Shown piece by piece: positions 1 to 33,989 of a stretch of DNA of 64,000 nucleotides. A program made the position numbers and the translations under genes. This stretch comes from Thalia democratica (taxonomy: Eukaryota). The stretch's first letter is position 1. Every line of letters starts with the position of its first letter. The notes beneath the pieces were generated by a model. That model did no database searches. It was not told the origin of the DNA and saw nothing but the letters and a program-made list of their open reading frames with translations. The stretch is taken from assembly GCA_965202585.1 (NCBI GenBank), contig OZ241830.1, positions 32,860,001 to 32,924,000 of the forward strand, given 5' to 3'.

Positions 1-1050
1 GTTGTCATATAATGTTTCGAGAAACTTATAAAAAAGTACAATAGTTGTATGTTAATTAACACATACAAAACTTTTATAAAAACCAACTATGTTTCTAAAA
101 GTTTGAAAAAGTTTCTATCACCCTATATTAAATTAACATTTTATAAAGATAGGTTATTAGCAAAAATTTCAACAACTAACTAAAACACTAAAGAAGTGTG
201 TTCAAAGTTTTTGATAGTTTACTAATTTCAATTTTAATCGTGCTTTTATTAAAAGTAGTAAAAATATTTCAAAATTTTTAAGTTTTAAAGCCATACAGTA
301 AAACAACGCATCAACTATGGTGTTTTGGTTACAACACTTAAACTCTTTATTGTACACTTTTAAGTTATTCACAACTTTTCTATTTTACTTATTTATCTAA
401 ATATTTAACAACTTAATTTAAAATTTTACAAATAAGCGTGTCAAAAGCATAAAGCCACTAACTACGAAAAACCTGAAGCTTGTCCACAAAATGTTAAATT
501 AAGGTTAAAACTTACACCTGAGAGTATGGTTTATTCAAACTGCTACTACCACAAGCCTTAAAACTGTTTATAAGCTCTTGAATTTTCACTTTTCAGGCTA
601 AATAGCGTTTAACTTTCGGGTAAACATCAAAAGTTTTGAAAAATATACCCGAAAAAGTTCAAAAAAAAAGCGTTTAAATTAAAAATTTTAATTTCAAGTC
701 GTTTAAAGTTGGTTTCTTAAAACGCAACATAAAACGATATTCTCGATAAATAATACTTTAAACGTTTTAAGTGGTGTATACAAATGCTAGATTAAAACTA
801 AAAAAAAGCCTAGACTGAAAAAGAGTTATCAAAAGTTGTACAATTTTTTTTTCGTTTTTAAATTTACTTTAATTAACAACTAAGTTAGGAGCTAACTATA
901 TTTAACTTGCAATGGAAGTTTTAAAATAATAAAGAAAATTGTGAAACATTGTGTTAGTTTTTTCTATCAACATTAGCTTCGATAAATTTTTATTCTAAAA
1001 TAAATTACAATAGTAAATTACAATTACAAATAAATTACAACTATTTAAAG

Positions 1051-2540
1051 GATCGCGACTGGCTAATGCAATCGATCACGTGATTGATAACTGCACTTTG
1101 ACGTCATACGGAAACCGCGAGTCTGTTGATGACGTCATAATAGTGATGACGGATGGAAGAGCCAACGATCAGAAGGAAGTGATAAAAAGATCGAGAAAAC
1201 TGAGGAAAAAACACGATGCTAATGTAAGAAGTTTATCATAAAAAATATTACAAAATTAGAAAAAAAAAACAATACTGGCATATCCTCAGTTATATTAACA
1301 TATATAAGATTGTTTTGTAAGTTTAGTAAGATCAAAGGTTTTAAGTAAAGTAAAAAAAAAATCAAAAACATTTTGAGCATTCCAATTTAAAACAGTCAGT
1401 CATAGTAAAAACCAAATAAAAACGCCTTTCAAGAGATTTATATGTTTAATAGCTATTTTTAAATTTATACTATTTGAACTTTAGTTTGTTATTTTTTAAT
1501 TTAGTCAAACTTTTCTTAATTTTTAGCTTATTTCTGGAAAACACTACAATTGTTTTAAAGTTTCAGAACGTAAAAGTTCAAACTTAAACATTTAAATAAC
1601 TTAAGAGTTTTAAATAACAAGTAAGTGATGTTGAAACTTACAACTTTATATATCAGACTTAAAAGCTTTTAAACCAACAAAACCTAAGTTGTAATGTATA
1701 GACAAACAAAACATCTATTTATTCAATTAGTTATTTTAACCTCTAATTTGTTTTCTTATCACATATATTTTAAACGATTTTATTGTTTTTAAATATAGTT
1801 TAATCTAAAAAACTTAAGCTTAGTTTTAACCAAGAAAAAAGTATGGAGCTTTTTATCGTTAGCAAGCTTGTGCTATAACATTATCAAGAAAAGTAAAGCA
1901 TGTTAAGTGTACAATTTTTAAAAGATTAGCTGTACTACAGAAAAACTGATGTTTGTTTAAAGTGGCTTACCAAGAACAAGTGCTTACATTATTAAATAGT
2001 TTGATTTTACTGCAACATTATTTCAATATTTGATTACTGTAAAATATGTTTATGCCATTAACTAAAGAAGTTTTAAAAACTTTTTATGTTATGCTTTTAT
2101 AAAAATGTTTTGAGCTACTTTTAAGTTTTTTTCAAAGAATAAAAAAAGAAAACTAGTATAACGTAAACTAATATATTAAACCTATTTTGCTTCAGAATAT
2201 TACTTTAAAACTTATTGACGGTAGACTTATTGTTACAACACACCTTAATGCTAAAATTTAAAAGTATTTATAAAATACACTTTAAGCGTATAAAAGATGA
2301 TTATATAATAAAAAACTGTAAACGTAACAACTCATCAAGTATATAAAAAATTTTGTTCAGATGTATGCAGTTGGTGTTCGTTATTCCGTCGGTCAAGTCA
2401 ATAAATTATCCAGAATGACGGGTAATCGAGATAACGTGATCTATGCACAGGATTTCGATACTCTGGAAAGGAAATTCCTGCGAGAACTTGCAAGAAAGTA
2501 TTGCAAAGATCCGTGCTTGTTGGATAATGATATAGAGTAA
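1051..2540 (+). CDS. von Willebrand factor A (VWA) domain protein, last two coding exons (1051-1223, 2361-2540); 5' part lies upstream of the window
   Basis: The AG/GT-bounded exons join in frame: GSRLANAIDHVIDNCTLTSYGNRESVDDVIIVMTDGRANDQKEVIKRSRKLRKKHDAN|MYAVGVRYSVGQVNKLSRMTGNRDNVIYAQDFDTLERKFLRELARKYCKDPCLLDNDIE*. GNR..V.DVIIVMTDG and YAVGV are typical VWA beta-strand/MIDAS-region motifs. Confidence 0.85.
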
Positions 2541-4214
2541 AACGTTGTTTAACTTTTGATTTTTTTCATAAGCCTCAAGTTTTGCAAAGTTTCGTTTTTA
2601 CGTCGTTTTTCGTAGAACGAGTTATTTTTCAATGAAAGTGTCGATATTTTTTTACAATTCTTTTTTTATGTGCTTATATTTGCAGTTTTATGCAATACCT
2701 TCACACATACGTAGTTAAAACTTTTATGCAAGCGTTTTTCAATACTTTTGTATTAAAAGATTCACATTTCTAGCTGAAACTACAAATTCCATTGAACACA
2801 ATATATATGTATGTATAAGTGTTTACAATGTTAAATCTACTTTTCATGACATCCAATGTAATTTTAAACAAATACTTCTAAATATGTAACATTCAATTGT
2901 CTTGTAATGTAGTTTTACAAAAAGAAAAGGTTTTTCTGTATCCTGAAAAAAAAAGCTTTTATTTTAAGTGAAAAAGCAAAAGTACTAATAACTCTAAAAA
3001 AGTTATCTTAAAATTTACTCAATTCTGCACAACTTGTACTCCAATATGTATTTTGTTTACGTATTAATTTGTGGTACTCATTTGAAATTTTGTTTAACAT
3101 GATATATTTATTGCACAGCGTTCGTACAAAGTTATATAAAAATTTTACTAATTTTATTGATTATATTTTTATGCTTGGTGCTTAGTTCTATTATTTACTA
3201 AGTAGTTTTATATTTACTTAAACAGCTTGAGATCTAAAATAAGTACATAAATATGTTTTTTGTTAATGTCATTCTAGTATAAACGTACATTAAATACAAG
3301 TTACTTTTGTTTTCTGCTTTATAAACGTAAAATCAAAATGTTCTTTCTTATTATAAATAACCATAACTTCTTTCATTATGTACAAGGAAAAAAATTCAAT
3401 TAAATATTGACTCCTTAGGATCTTTAAAACTAAAAAGAAAGAAAAGCATGCTTTATTTACATATCGACAACACAAGATAATAACAAGTATGTATGTACAC
3501 CTATTGTACATTTTGGTCTCTAACAGCGAATAGTAAATGCTCGAAATAATTATTTTTGTACAAATATGAAACAAATACTGTAATTTAGTAGAGAAAGAAG
3601 ACTTAAAGTGTATCACAATTTTTATTTCTTTAAATTTTTACAATATTTTTAAGTTATTTGAGTGATAAATAAATATAGGTTGCTCTCTAAATAGTGTGTA
3701 AAGTTGTATTCAACACAAAAGTAGGAATTCCAAGCTTAAAATTAAATGAATAAAATAACTTTATTTTTTTATAAGTGTTATAATTAAATAGTAAATATAT
3801 AAAGAAAAAGTGAAAGTTTATATGCATTATGAAAAAACGCTACAAAAATAATAAGTATATAGTTATGTTAGCATAGCAAAATATCTAAAAACAAAATACA
3901 ACAAAGACAGATTACGAGTAAGTAGTGATTTTTTATTCTTTTTTTAATGCTGTATATAAAATAATAAAAAGGCAGCATGCGTAATGTAAAGTTCAGTTCC
4001 AATAAAAAATCGGTATCAGTAAAGTTTTTGAAAAACAGCTATTGCTTATCAATAGTAATATTTCCCAATTTTTGCTTGCTGAAGTTTAAAGAGTTACTTT
4101 TTATAGGTGTATTAAATTTATAAATTCATCCTAACTTGTAATTTATGATTAATAGAAATACAGCTAGATATTTTAAAATAAAAAGTGATTCATCAAACTT
4201 CAGCTAGCTTATCA

Positions 4215-4302
4215 TGACATCATAATGTTATGACATCACAACATTAAGACGTCACAACGTTATGACATCAAAAAATTATGAAATAACAACAGTATGACGT
4301 CA
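4215..4302. repeat. 16-bp minisatellite (about 5.5 units, consensus TGAC[A/G]TCACAACGTTA) directly abutting the myosin stop codon
   Basis: Units: tgacatcataatgtta / tgacatcacaacatta / agacgtcacaacgtta / tgacatcaaaaaatta / tgaaataacaacagta / tgacgtca. Confidence 0.85.
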
Positions 4303-23918
<19,616 letters not shown>

Positions 23919-24329
23919 GTTGTGAATGAAAAAGTAAAAAGGTTCTATAAAAAAAATTGAAGATACTTTTCTTGAATTAAGTTTAAAGTATAATATGTGG
24001 TTTATTTTGAACAACTTTAAATGTGAAAAAAATGTTTTCAAAATACCATTTGGAAAATTATTGTGTTTGATTAGCATGCTTAAGTTGTAATGAAAGGTCT
24101 AGTTGATTTAACAATATTTTTATTATTTTATATTATATATAGTAGATAAGTAATAAATACTCCAATCGTATATTGATACCTATTTAACTTGATTTTTGAT
24201 TTATTACTATATCAATTAAAAATAAAAAAATTTGTGGTTTTCCGAGTTATAAACTCTACTTGCTTCTTCAATAGCAAATATTTTAATATTTTATTTACAA
24301 CAAATATTCTTTTGTTAAACAAATATTTA

Positions 24330-24860
24330 GGCTTATCTACGTTTTCACTTTAAACTTCTGGGTTTGCGTATTTTTCGGTAGCGCAACAGAACGCTATTTT
24401 GAAAACATTTTTCCAGCTGCCAACTTCTTCTGTTAATCCCATTTGCAAACAGCCAAACTGTGTGTAAAGTGTCCCGTAACAAAGTTTATTTGATATACAA
24501 GCGCTTTGTTAACAGCTTTCGACGAAAACACCGAACAAAGAAGCCAAACAATCGTCGAAAGCATTTAAATTTGCTGCTAATTTATTTTGGGCCACTTGAA
24601 AAATAATTCTTTTGCACCTGAATAGTTGGATTTAAATTCGCCTGCGAACAGCGACTCTTTGTTGCGATGGGGGCAAGGCACTTCAAAGGAGAGACGGAAA
24701 AGTGAAAATTGAAACTTCCCCTATTGATTAAAAATAGAACTTTTTTTCAACTTGAAGTTGTTTTCTTGTTTGCTCAGGTGGGAAATTACTGTTTGGTTTT
24801 TCTTCGCACTTGAAACTGAATTGACACGGATTATCACTGTTGTTAAGAAAACAGCGAATT
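24330..24860. promoter_or_regulatory. Candidate myosin upstream regulatory/promoter island
   Basis: GC-richer non-coding block 0.4-0.9 kb upstream of the MYH ATG, with a CAGCTG E-box (about 24414) and a MEF2-consensus TTAAAAATAG (24728-24737). Function is inferred. Confidence 0.4.
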
Positions 24861-27800
24861 TTTTTTGCTTTGAGTAGCTTAAAGTTTTTATGGCGTTTTG
24901 AAAAATATTTTATTTAAAAACATGTTTTAAGTTAAGCTCTATACTTGAAGGCAAAAGTACAGTTTACAGGTGTGCAGGAAAATTGTTTTTATTTACTTTA
25001 CATAAATGAAAATTTGGTTAAAGTTTCAACTAGCTTTAATTGATTGGCCTAACTACTAAATTGTATTAAATTTAGTCGAAAAGAAACGTTTTTGAATAGT
25101 TTCACAGATTCTGTCTTAGATATAGCATATAGACAAAAGCTGTTCTTTCTCATAGATAGTTTTTTGTTTAAAATAAAAACTATAAATGTGACAAAAAGTA
25201 GCTTTTCCATAATCTATCTAAACTAGTTACAAGTATATAGCTTTATTTGATCTAAACGTCACTTAAAAGTTTGTAGTAAAAAAAAAACTCAACATTCATT
25301 TTATTTAGTAAATAGTTTTAATCCGTTACGACTTAAGGTTTAACACATCTTAAAACGTTTATAATCAATACAGCTACATAACCTAACAGCACCAAATTGA
25401 AAATGATTTCAATAACAACAAGACAAACATTTAAACAACTGCAATCTTTTTGTTATCTGTCTTACTGCAATTTCAACAACCATCTTTGGAAGTTGTCAGC
25501 TACTCATACATTAACCAGATACAATTTGCTGATAGCAAGTCGTATCAATAAGCGGCCGCATACGTAATTAGTCATGATTACATTTAAAATACTTCAACTG
25601 TTTTACATTTTACTGAACTTTTAGGTGAAATATGACATAGTTGGTTTTAACACTTTAGCTAGAAAAAAAAATAGAAGAAAAAAATACAATTACCGCTGTA
25701 TAATAAAATGTACTTGTATTAAACGACCGAAATATTTAAGTATCAAATTTTTTTAACATATACATATTTACCTGTTTTAAAACTAAAATTAACTCATTTA
25801 ATTTTTAAGGTATTTGCAAAAAAAAATAATGTTAGCATTACGTTGCAGAATACTTAAACTTTAACTTTTATTAAAACTAACAGCGTAAATATTAAAAAAA
25901 ATTAAACTAAAAATCTTTTTATTTTGACGAAAAAGTTTTGTAGTTTGAGATTCAACGAATTAGAAATATTTTTTTAAGTAAACTATTAAGGTACTTAAAG
26001 TATGTAATAATTCTACAAACTCACTAATAGTTATTAAAAACCTTAAAAAGCTAAAAACTAAATTGGTTGTTGTAAAAACATAAACAAAATTAAATTTATG
26101 AAATATATAAAACTTTGAATCGTTTTAAAACACTATTCTTTTAGTTTTCAGAACGCTATTAACATATTTATTGTAAATAAATTGTTTGTATAGAAGTAAG
26201 TTGTGATTTAAATTTGTGTACAAAGCATTAATTTTGACATTATCATAGTTGATGGTTCAAACTTCAACCTTGTTATGATAATTTGTTTACAGTTCATAAC
26301 TAAATTTACTTTGATAAATTAAAGGTGGTTATCGTTTAAAAGTATTACACTGTAATTAAGTTGTAAATCATAAAATTCAAATTGAAAAATATTTTAAGAA
26401 AATGGTTAAGATTTTTTTTCAATGCTTACTAGAAAGCTAGTCAAAAAGTATTTTCTTTTGAGACTTTTTTTTATCACAAAAAGAAGAATCTCAAAAGTAG
26501 GCAAAGTTTGTTTAACCATTGCAATAAAATAAAAATGCATTTTATGAGAACATGTTTTACAATTTTCTCACCGTAATAAACTTTATGGTCGTTTTTAAAG
26601 TGAGAACATTTTCTTAGAAACACATTCTAGTTTTACAATGTCATTTAACATTGAAAATAAAATTTTACTTCCATGAATGTGCGAAAGTCATACTCACAAT
26701 TACTTAAGATAATTTTTCATCAAAAAAGTTATTTACCAGAAACCATTAAAACCTCTAAATCTTTATTAGACGCTTTATTAGTAACAAAATCTAAGCACAA
26801 GTACTTATAAGAAATAAAGCTATTTTTTCGAAAGTTCTAATAACTTGAATAAACTTAAATAAACAACATAAGTAATTTATACACTACTTTTTAAAACAGT
26901 TTTTAAGTAATGTAGTACCAATTTTTATCAATATAAGCAATATTATTTTCAAGCATATTATACCTGTACACTTAATTGGCTAAATTGATAAGTTTAGATC
27001 TATGCAATATTAAATTTTAATTGCAGACAAACACTAAAGTAAACAAATGATAGGCAAAAGTTTTTAGGTAAAAACTAGAATAAAAGTCAAAACGTTTTGT
27101 TTAAATTATACAAACTAATAATTAGCTCAAAATTGTCTTACTAGTTATAAGTAACTTACAATTCATTAGAAAACAAAGTAATAGGATATTTTATGAAGAT
27201 ACTTGACAAAAGTTTTTAAATATGTAAGAACACCAAAAATCATTTTGTGTTTATTGCAAAACAAAAAGTCTAAAAAAAATAATTTAATAACATATGAAAT
27301 GATAACTGTAACATTCACGCTCTAGCAACATCAGATGAATATAATTTCTACTGAAAGCCACATAAGAAGCAGATGACAGTTAGACTAACGATTAATCAGC
27401 TTGTTAAATTTGATGGATTAATATGGCTTGAAACGGGTCCAGCATTTATATTTTTTGAGTGCCTTTTTGGTAGTGTTTTAATTTTCACCGATTTCAGTTT
27501 ATCATGATTAAGAACGTTTTAACTACTGATTAATAACTTTGCTTTGAATATTTTGTTCAATTTATAAGTTTGCCATTGGTATGGGACACAAAATGAATAT
27601 TTAAAATTTCTGGTGTTAAATGCATTGATAATTTGAAAAGTAGTTTATGAAAAAATATTCGAAGTAATTTAGTCATTTTACAGTTTTTAAAGTAAATAAA
27701 AAGTTAATAATGTTATAAATGTTCCTAAAAATTTATTATTTCAATAATTGAGCTGTTTATAATTCAATTTACATAAATTTTACCTTTTATTTGCTCTATG

Positions 27801-29829
27801 CAAGTTTTCTTGAAAAGTTAAAGCGTTTGGTTTATAATTTTTCATAAAGTTTCATTAACCAAAACATGAAAGCTAGAAGTATTTGTGTGATTTAAAAGAA
27901 TATGGTTGTTGCGTTTAAAAATAAACAAGCAATTTAAAGCAAAATCTTAGGAAATGTGTTATCATAATGTTGTTTTAAGAAGACGATCAAAGTTTTGTTT
28001 GTTTAGTGTTTTTTTTTTTCAACGCGTATTGAACTGGAGTAACTTCTGATGAAAATTAAATTGTTATTTTAGAGTTTATTTTTAATCCTGTAAACATTTC
28101 AAATACATTGTTACATTTGACACTCCTTTATGGACAAATTTAAGGTAAATAGCGTGTTAATGAGAGAAATTTGACAATATATACTTTTTTGTACTTGTAA
28201 TGCGTAATAAAACCACGTAACATTACTATCAAAAATAAAAACTAAAAAAATTAACATTTTTTTGAAAGCTTTTATTTTGTTTATATAATTTGATTAGTAT
28301 TTATAATTTGTTGACAATAGTTTTGTTCATTAGTTAACATAAACCATAATAATATAAAAGTTTACCTTACTTGTTATCTTACTTTATTAGTAATTCTAGG
28401 TTAACAATATGTTTGTGCTTATGTTTATAAACTTTATAAACTAGTTTGTTTGAATACATTTTTCAAAAATTCATTTGTGTTTGTTATAAGTACTAAATAC
28501 AATGTTACATTCTAAATACGCTGCTATCTTTATACATGTAAGTGAAAGGGCATATAAAACACAAAGAAGCAAAATTTAAAATAACTTTTCAAATTTGCGA
28601 AGAACAACACAAGCTTTTCTCGTAATTTTTAACGCTTTTGAACACTTTTTATTGTAATCACTTTGAGCATTAAGCTAATTTTCCATCATCACAACTTTTT
28701 TTTCCTTCTAAACACCGTGTTTCGGTGGCGGAAGAGAATTTTGAAAAAAAAAGAGAGAGAACTTTTCCGACAAAAGAAGCATTTTTGGGCTTGATAAGAT
28801 CAAACGTTAATTGTGTTTATATTGGATTTGTTAGAATTAATTCGGTGCAGATTAGCAGAATATGAAAAAGTGCGCTGAATTCGGTTGTGTATCAAAGTAA
28901 ATTTTTGACAGTAAGTTTGTTTGTTAAACAAAATCAGTTTTTTTGAAGCTCAATGATAAAGTTTGCAAGACATATTATAAAACATTTGCAATTAAGTAAG
29001 CAAGATATGCCGAAATATTTTGTATACAAAGTTTTATTTCTTACAATAACTTCAATTTGATAATTTTTGACGACATAGCTTTGTTGAAATTGTTTGAATA
29101 AATTTCTATATTATTGGATTACTTACTTTAGCCTTCTCTAAAAGTAGCTTATGTTGATGATTTTTAGAAAGTAAGGAAGTAGTTAAATGTTAGAAAAACT
29201 AAATTAATTAAAAATGTATGTTTATTCAGCTAGTACTCTTACAGTGTTACAAAAAAAAATGTAAGTAAATTTCTTTTAATGCGATTTTTAGAGTAACAGT
29301 TTTCATTCAGTAGTATTTATTGACACTTTGATGTTTTTAAACATTTTTTAAAGGAAGAAATCTATGTATAACAAACAACAAATTTAAAAACGTTTTTTTT
29401 TACGGTATCACGATATTTTCATATTATTCACGGTAGTACTAACTGCTCATTTTGTCACATTTTCTCAATGTAATTATAAGGGTATTTTCTAAAAACTTTA
29501 AACTAAGTTTATTTTTTGAAAAGGTCAAATAACTGTTATATAAAGTTACAAGACAGAGCAAATAAAACATTTTTTTCATGTTTTGAATCCGACTTTATTA
29601 AAGACTAACACCTTGAGTTCAATTACTAAAACCAACACGTGCTCTTAATTTATATTAATTTATCAAAAACTTTTCCTAGACGTAGCAGCTAAAAAAACAA
29701 TAAAAACTCCTAAGTTCGTTGAGTTTTAAGCACTGTTTTTTTTATCATGTTTACAGATTACTCAGAGCCTGAATCTTAAAGTTTTTTACCTAGACAGATT
29801 TATTCGAAATTATTCACATAAAAAGCAGT

Positions 29830-30230
29830 AAAATTACAGCGGCCACTTCTAATCCTACTTTTAATGCCTCTATAAATAGCTGTTTCTGTTGCTTTCAGTT
29901 GGATTCACCTTCCTGAAACGTCCAAATTTGTCGGTAATCCGCGGCAATTACCTCCGTGTTGTTTGTAAACAGCCACTTCCGCCTAATCTCCACGGCAACC
30001 GTCGCTTGGCGTCGTGCTTCACCGCGTTTCCACGGCAACAACCTACGTCGAGGCGACCCCGTTGATCCAATGCAGGGTTTGGGGTCGGATTACGAGTGAT
30101 TTGATTGGTTGCCACCCAAATAGAGTTTCTAAGATTTCACCCAATGTGATTCGAAGCTAGTTTATTTAAATTAAGTAATAAATAAACAACGAGATGCAAA
30201 TAAGATTGTAATCGCAACTGGTGAGGTTTG
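29830..30230 (+). promoter_or_regulatory. Promoter-like island (RFX, FOX, CCAAT, TAATCC motifs) ending in a 5' splice-site-like sequence
   Basis: CTATAAATAG 29870-29879; TGTTTGTAAACA about 29960; X-box-like ATCTCCACGGCAAC 29986-29999 and GTTTCCACGGCAAC 30026-30039; three CCAAT/ATTGG boxes at 30067-30146; CTG|GTGAGG at 30220/30221. Confidence 0.5.
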
Positions 30231-33200
30231 TTTAAGATTATAAAGGATTAAAGGTATTAAATGTTAATTATTTAACTACAAAACTTATGTTATTTTTACT
30301 TGGATTTAATTTACATTAAGATCGTTTTGCGGTCTGGCAGATGCTGAGTTTGTTTTCAAGCTTGAGGTTTAATGCTTATTAGTTCGTAATACACTGTAAC
30401 TTCTTATAAATTTGAGATTTCTATATAGCGTATAATTGAAGTTAATTTTTCTAAAACGGTTAATTACAATTTTTTATTTCATAGCTTTTATAAGTTCTTT
30501 TTATACTATTGTGATTTGATTAAAGCTAATTAAACGTTATATAATTGTAACTTGGCTTTAATCTGCGTTTTGTTTTTGTTTTGCATGTATTACAGAATTA
30601 ACTAAATCATATTGATGCTAAAAATCTTACTTAAAATCTGAATCCAATATAAAAGCAAGGCTTTGCCAATTATACATGTGTTTAAATAATTTGATTGAAA
30701 TAAGTACTTTTGCAATTTTGCAGCTTCAACTGTGAAAAACATTATCAAAACCTAAGTAGTAACAGAAAATAAAAGTTTTTTTTCGAACATAAGTCCCGAA
30801 CAAACAGAAAACAAATGGCAAAAAATACAAAGTTTGTTGGTTTTGTCTCACATGTGTGTAACAGGACACTGGTGCAACTTCCAAGCGAAATTATCTCATC
30901 GTTGTTTGTACAACCCCGTTTAATTTGGGCGCACATGCCTTTTAATTTCCACATGACGAGTCAGCATTTCTTGCCCATTTTCCAAGGTCAAAAGTTCAAC
31001 GTGCTAATTTGGGGTTTCGAGTTAGATAAGAGTTTGAGTTTTGTCCAAGGCGTCGGATGTGAGGAGTAAATTTGTTTTGTAAACATAAGTTTTAATAATA
31101 GAATACATTTTAGTTTCAACTTCTGTTTGCTCATATTTTTTTGTATCTGTTAAAAGGCTAATATATATAAAGTTAGCTGACTAAGTTACAAATGCTGCAA
31201 CTTAGTTGTTGGTGTGGTTCACTTAAATAAAAAAGTTAAGACAAACAAAATTTGTTTTAGGTGGTTACAAGCCTTCTGTTTCGGTTTTAAAACAAACTAA
31301 TAAAAAACAAATATGTGCTTCTGACATATCAGCATAAAAGCAGCATCGCTTGGTAAACAAATGTTTTGCATTTTTGCAACTCAACTTTGGTGCGAGAAAA
31401 ATCCGAACTTGTCCAGCTGCTAACGATTGCAAACAATGGACTGCTTCACAAACGGTCTTGAACGTTTCAACACCAAAATTAATCACTCATCATTAAGCTT
31501 TTCCAAACACATATCTCACATGAGAACCATCCAATTTAGCGCAATGAATGATTTGTAGATAACAGTTTTGGATTGCAATTCCCGTGAAGCTTCTCGTAAG
31601 CGATTTGTTTAACAGTTGCAGAAAATTAATTGTAAACAAATTAGTTTGGTGCTTCAGCATTGTAAGGGTCTTGTTGTTGGGCGTTTATAAGATTTTAAGT
31701 TAACTTCTACAAAGTTTAAACACAAAATTAATAAACTTCTTTATAAAATTAAAGTTGTACTTGGTAACTTTAATAGTCAACAAGCTTGAATAAACATTAA
31801 CAATGTATTTAATCTAGATAAAAATGTTTTTAACGAGGTCACAATAAATGCTTTTAAAATGGTCTTAAAACACAATGTTTAAAATTAAATAAATTCAAAC
31901 AAAGAGAAAAGCTAAACAAATATATTTACATTTAGTCTGTTTTAACGACACTTAACCAAACGAAGTTTTTACATAATTTTAATTGTTTATAAACAAATAA
32001 GTAACACAAAAATGCTTTTTAGTACATAAAAAATTATTTTACACCAGCATAGCTTATGTACAAACAAAAAATACTTAACTATCAACTTGTTTAGTTTTCT
32101 TTTTTTTTTAACTTAAATTTTTACTTGAATACAATTTTTTAACACAACAAAAAAAAAAGCTGAATGTCACCAGCTTTGATGATGCTTAAAAGATTTAAAA
32201 ATTCCACGGTCACCTATTCAAAGCACAGTGTGTAGTTGAAACTACATAGCGGAGACGGAATACTTATTCATCATTCATTTACAAGCAAACAAAAAAGTCT
32301 GGACAGCAACAATGGTGATTAGCTCACACTATGTTGGTTCAACAGACGTAATTTAGAAAGTAATTATTTTACAAGTATTTCAAGAAATTCATTTCACTGA
32401 ATCATAAGGTAGGTCAAAGTAATATATAAAGTTTTTAATTAAGTACACACTTTAATATTTTGTTGTAAGTTGAATGATTGTTATGTTTTTTATTACACTT
32501 TAGTTTGTACTTTTAACTTTTCAGATTTTAAATTGCTTCGACAAACTAAAACAGAAATTGTTGCAATAGCGTAAATCAGAATGCTAAAATAATAAGCTTT
32601 ATACCTAGAAACTGTTTATTTTTTACTTGGCCAAAATCATTTAATTCAAATTAAAGTAATTTATAAGCAGCTTTACTTGACGAGTTTCGTTTTGATAGCA
32701 TGACGTGTTTTATTGTAATGACAGCTTTGCCGACAGTAAACAAATAATTGAGTGTTTTAAATTTACAAGGTAGTTTGGTAAAAATTTACAAAAACTCCGG
32801 GCTTTAGTTAACTTTTTTGTTTGGGTAAAACTTTAATTCGGTATGTTAGCAAAGTTCAATAGGTTACTAGTAAGTTTTACAAAGTGTAAAAAATTATTAA
32901 TTTAAACTTTTAATAACTAAAATAACATGTAAACTCAATAAATTTAATAAAATATTTCGTAAAAAGGTTTATTTTTTACGAAAGTTTTTATCTAAATATT
33001 ATATCCTGTATTAAGTAATTTAATTAAAAGTCAAAATTTATGAATTTTTCAAGTAATTAAAGTAATCGTTTGAAGTATACTTTAAATGCCTGCCTTTATC
33101 ATTAAAGCAGTCTACGTCATAAACGTTAAATGTTTAACAAACTTTTAAGTTTGACACACAAATAATTTTTAAACAATTTTTCTACTTTTGCACTATTATA

Positions 33201-33989
33201 AATTTTTCAGCACGCAATTTAAACATACTTTCGGTTAAATTGTCATTAAAATTTAAAACGACTTTATTCAAGTTAGCTTTGTTTTAGCAAAGAATAGTTT
33301 TACAAATACTTTTAGACAACCTAAAGACTTTTTATTTATACCAGATGTAAAGTATTTTTGTATATTAAGTTTTAAACATATTTACTATCAAAGAAAACTG
33401 ACATCAAGTTTTTCAGTTAAGCAGCTTTATACTTGTATCCTTTTATCACGCAAAATTTTTCTGTTCTCTTAGTTAAAAGCTAAGTAAGTTTCAGATTAAA
33501 AATTTAACACATTGAAAAACCGCTTTTAAAGCTGTTTTTTATTTATGCAAACTTTATAAAGTTTTATTTTTCCTACATCAATTAAAATCGTATTAAGTTT
33601 CAGGTAACATATTTAACAATGAGGCATATTAGTTAGTAAGCAATGTTTATTTTTTACTATAAACGCTTGCATTATACCTAAAAGGACTGTTTTATTTTAT
33701 TTTATTTTACAATTTTTTACATAATTTTTTATCAGCATAAACTTTTTTTCATTGAGTAAAAGTAAACTTCCTGCTGATGCTTTAACAAACAGAATAAATC
33801 TGTTTGAAAGCGTTATCTTTTTTTTTACTTATCACAAAAACAACACAAAAAATTCTTCAAACCAGATAAATATCACAACAAAACAACAAGTCATCGGCAA
33901 ACGTTGTTATTCTAATTAAATAATAAAGATTCTCAGATTACAGATTTTAATTTCGATTACAACTTTTTCTTTACTCGCTGTTTTGTCAT

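Noticed and set aside
3290-3616. AT-rich ORF-track calls here and at e.g. 5396, 17664, 42757, 53786, 56772, 60503
   Set aside because: Low-complexity F/I/K/L/N-rich translations of AT-rich non-coding DNA with no recognisable domain.
24728-24737. Isolated MEF2/TATA-like A/T motifs as stand-alone evidence
   Set aside because: Such matches are expected frequently by chance in DNA this AT-rich; used only as weak support within islands.
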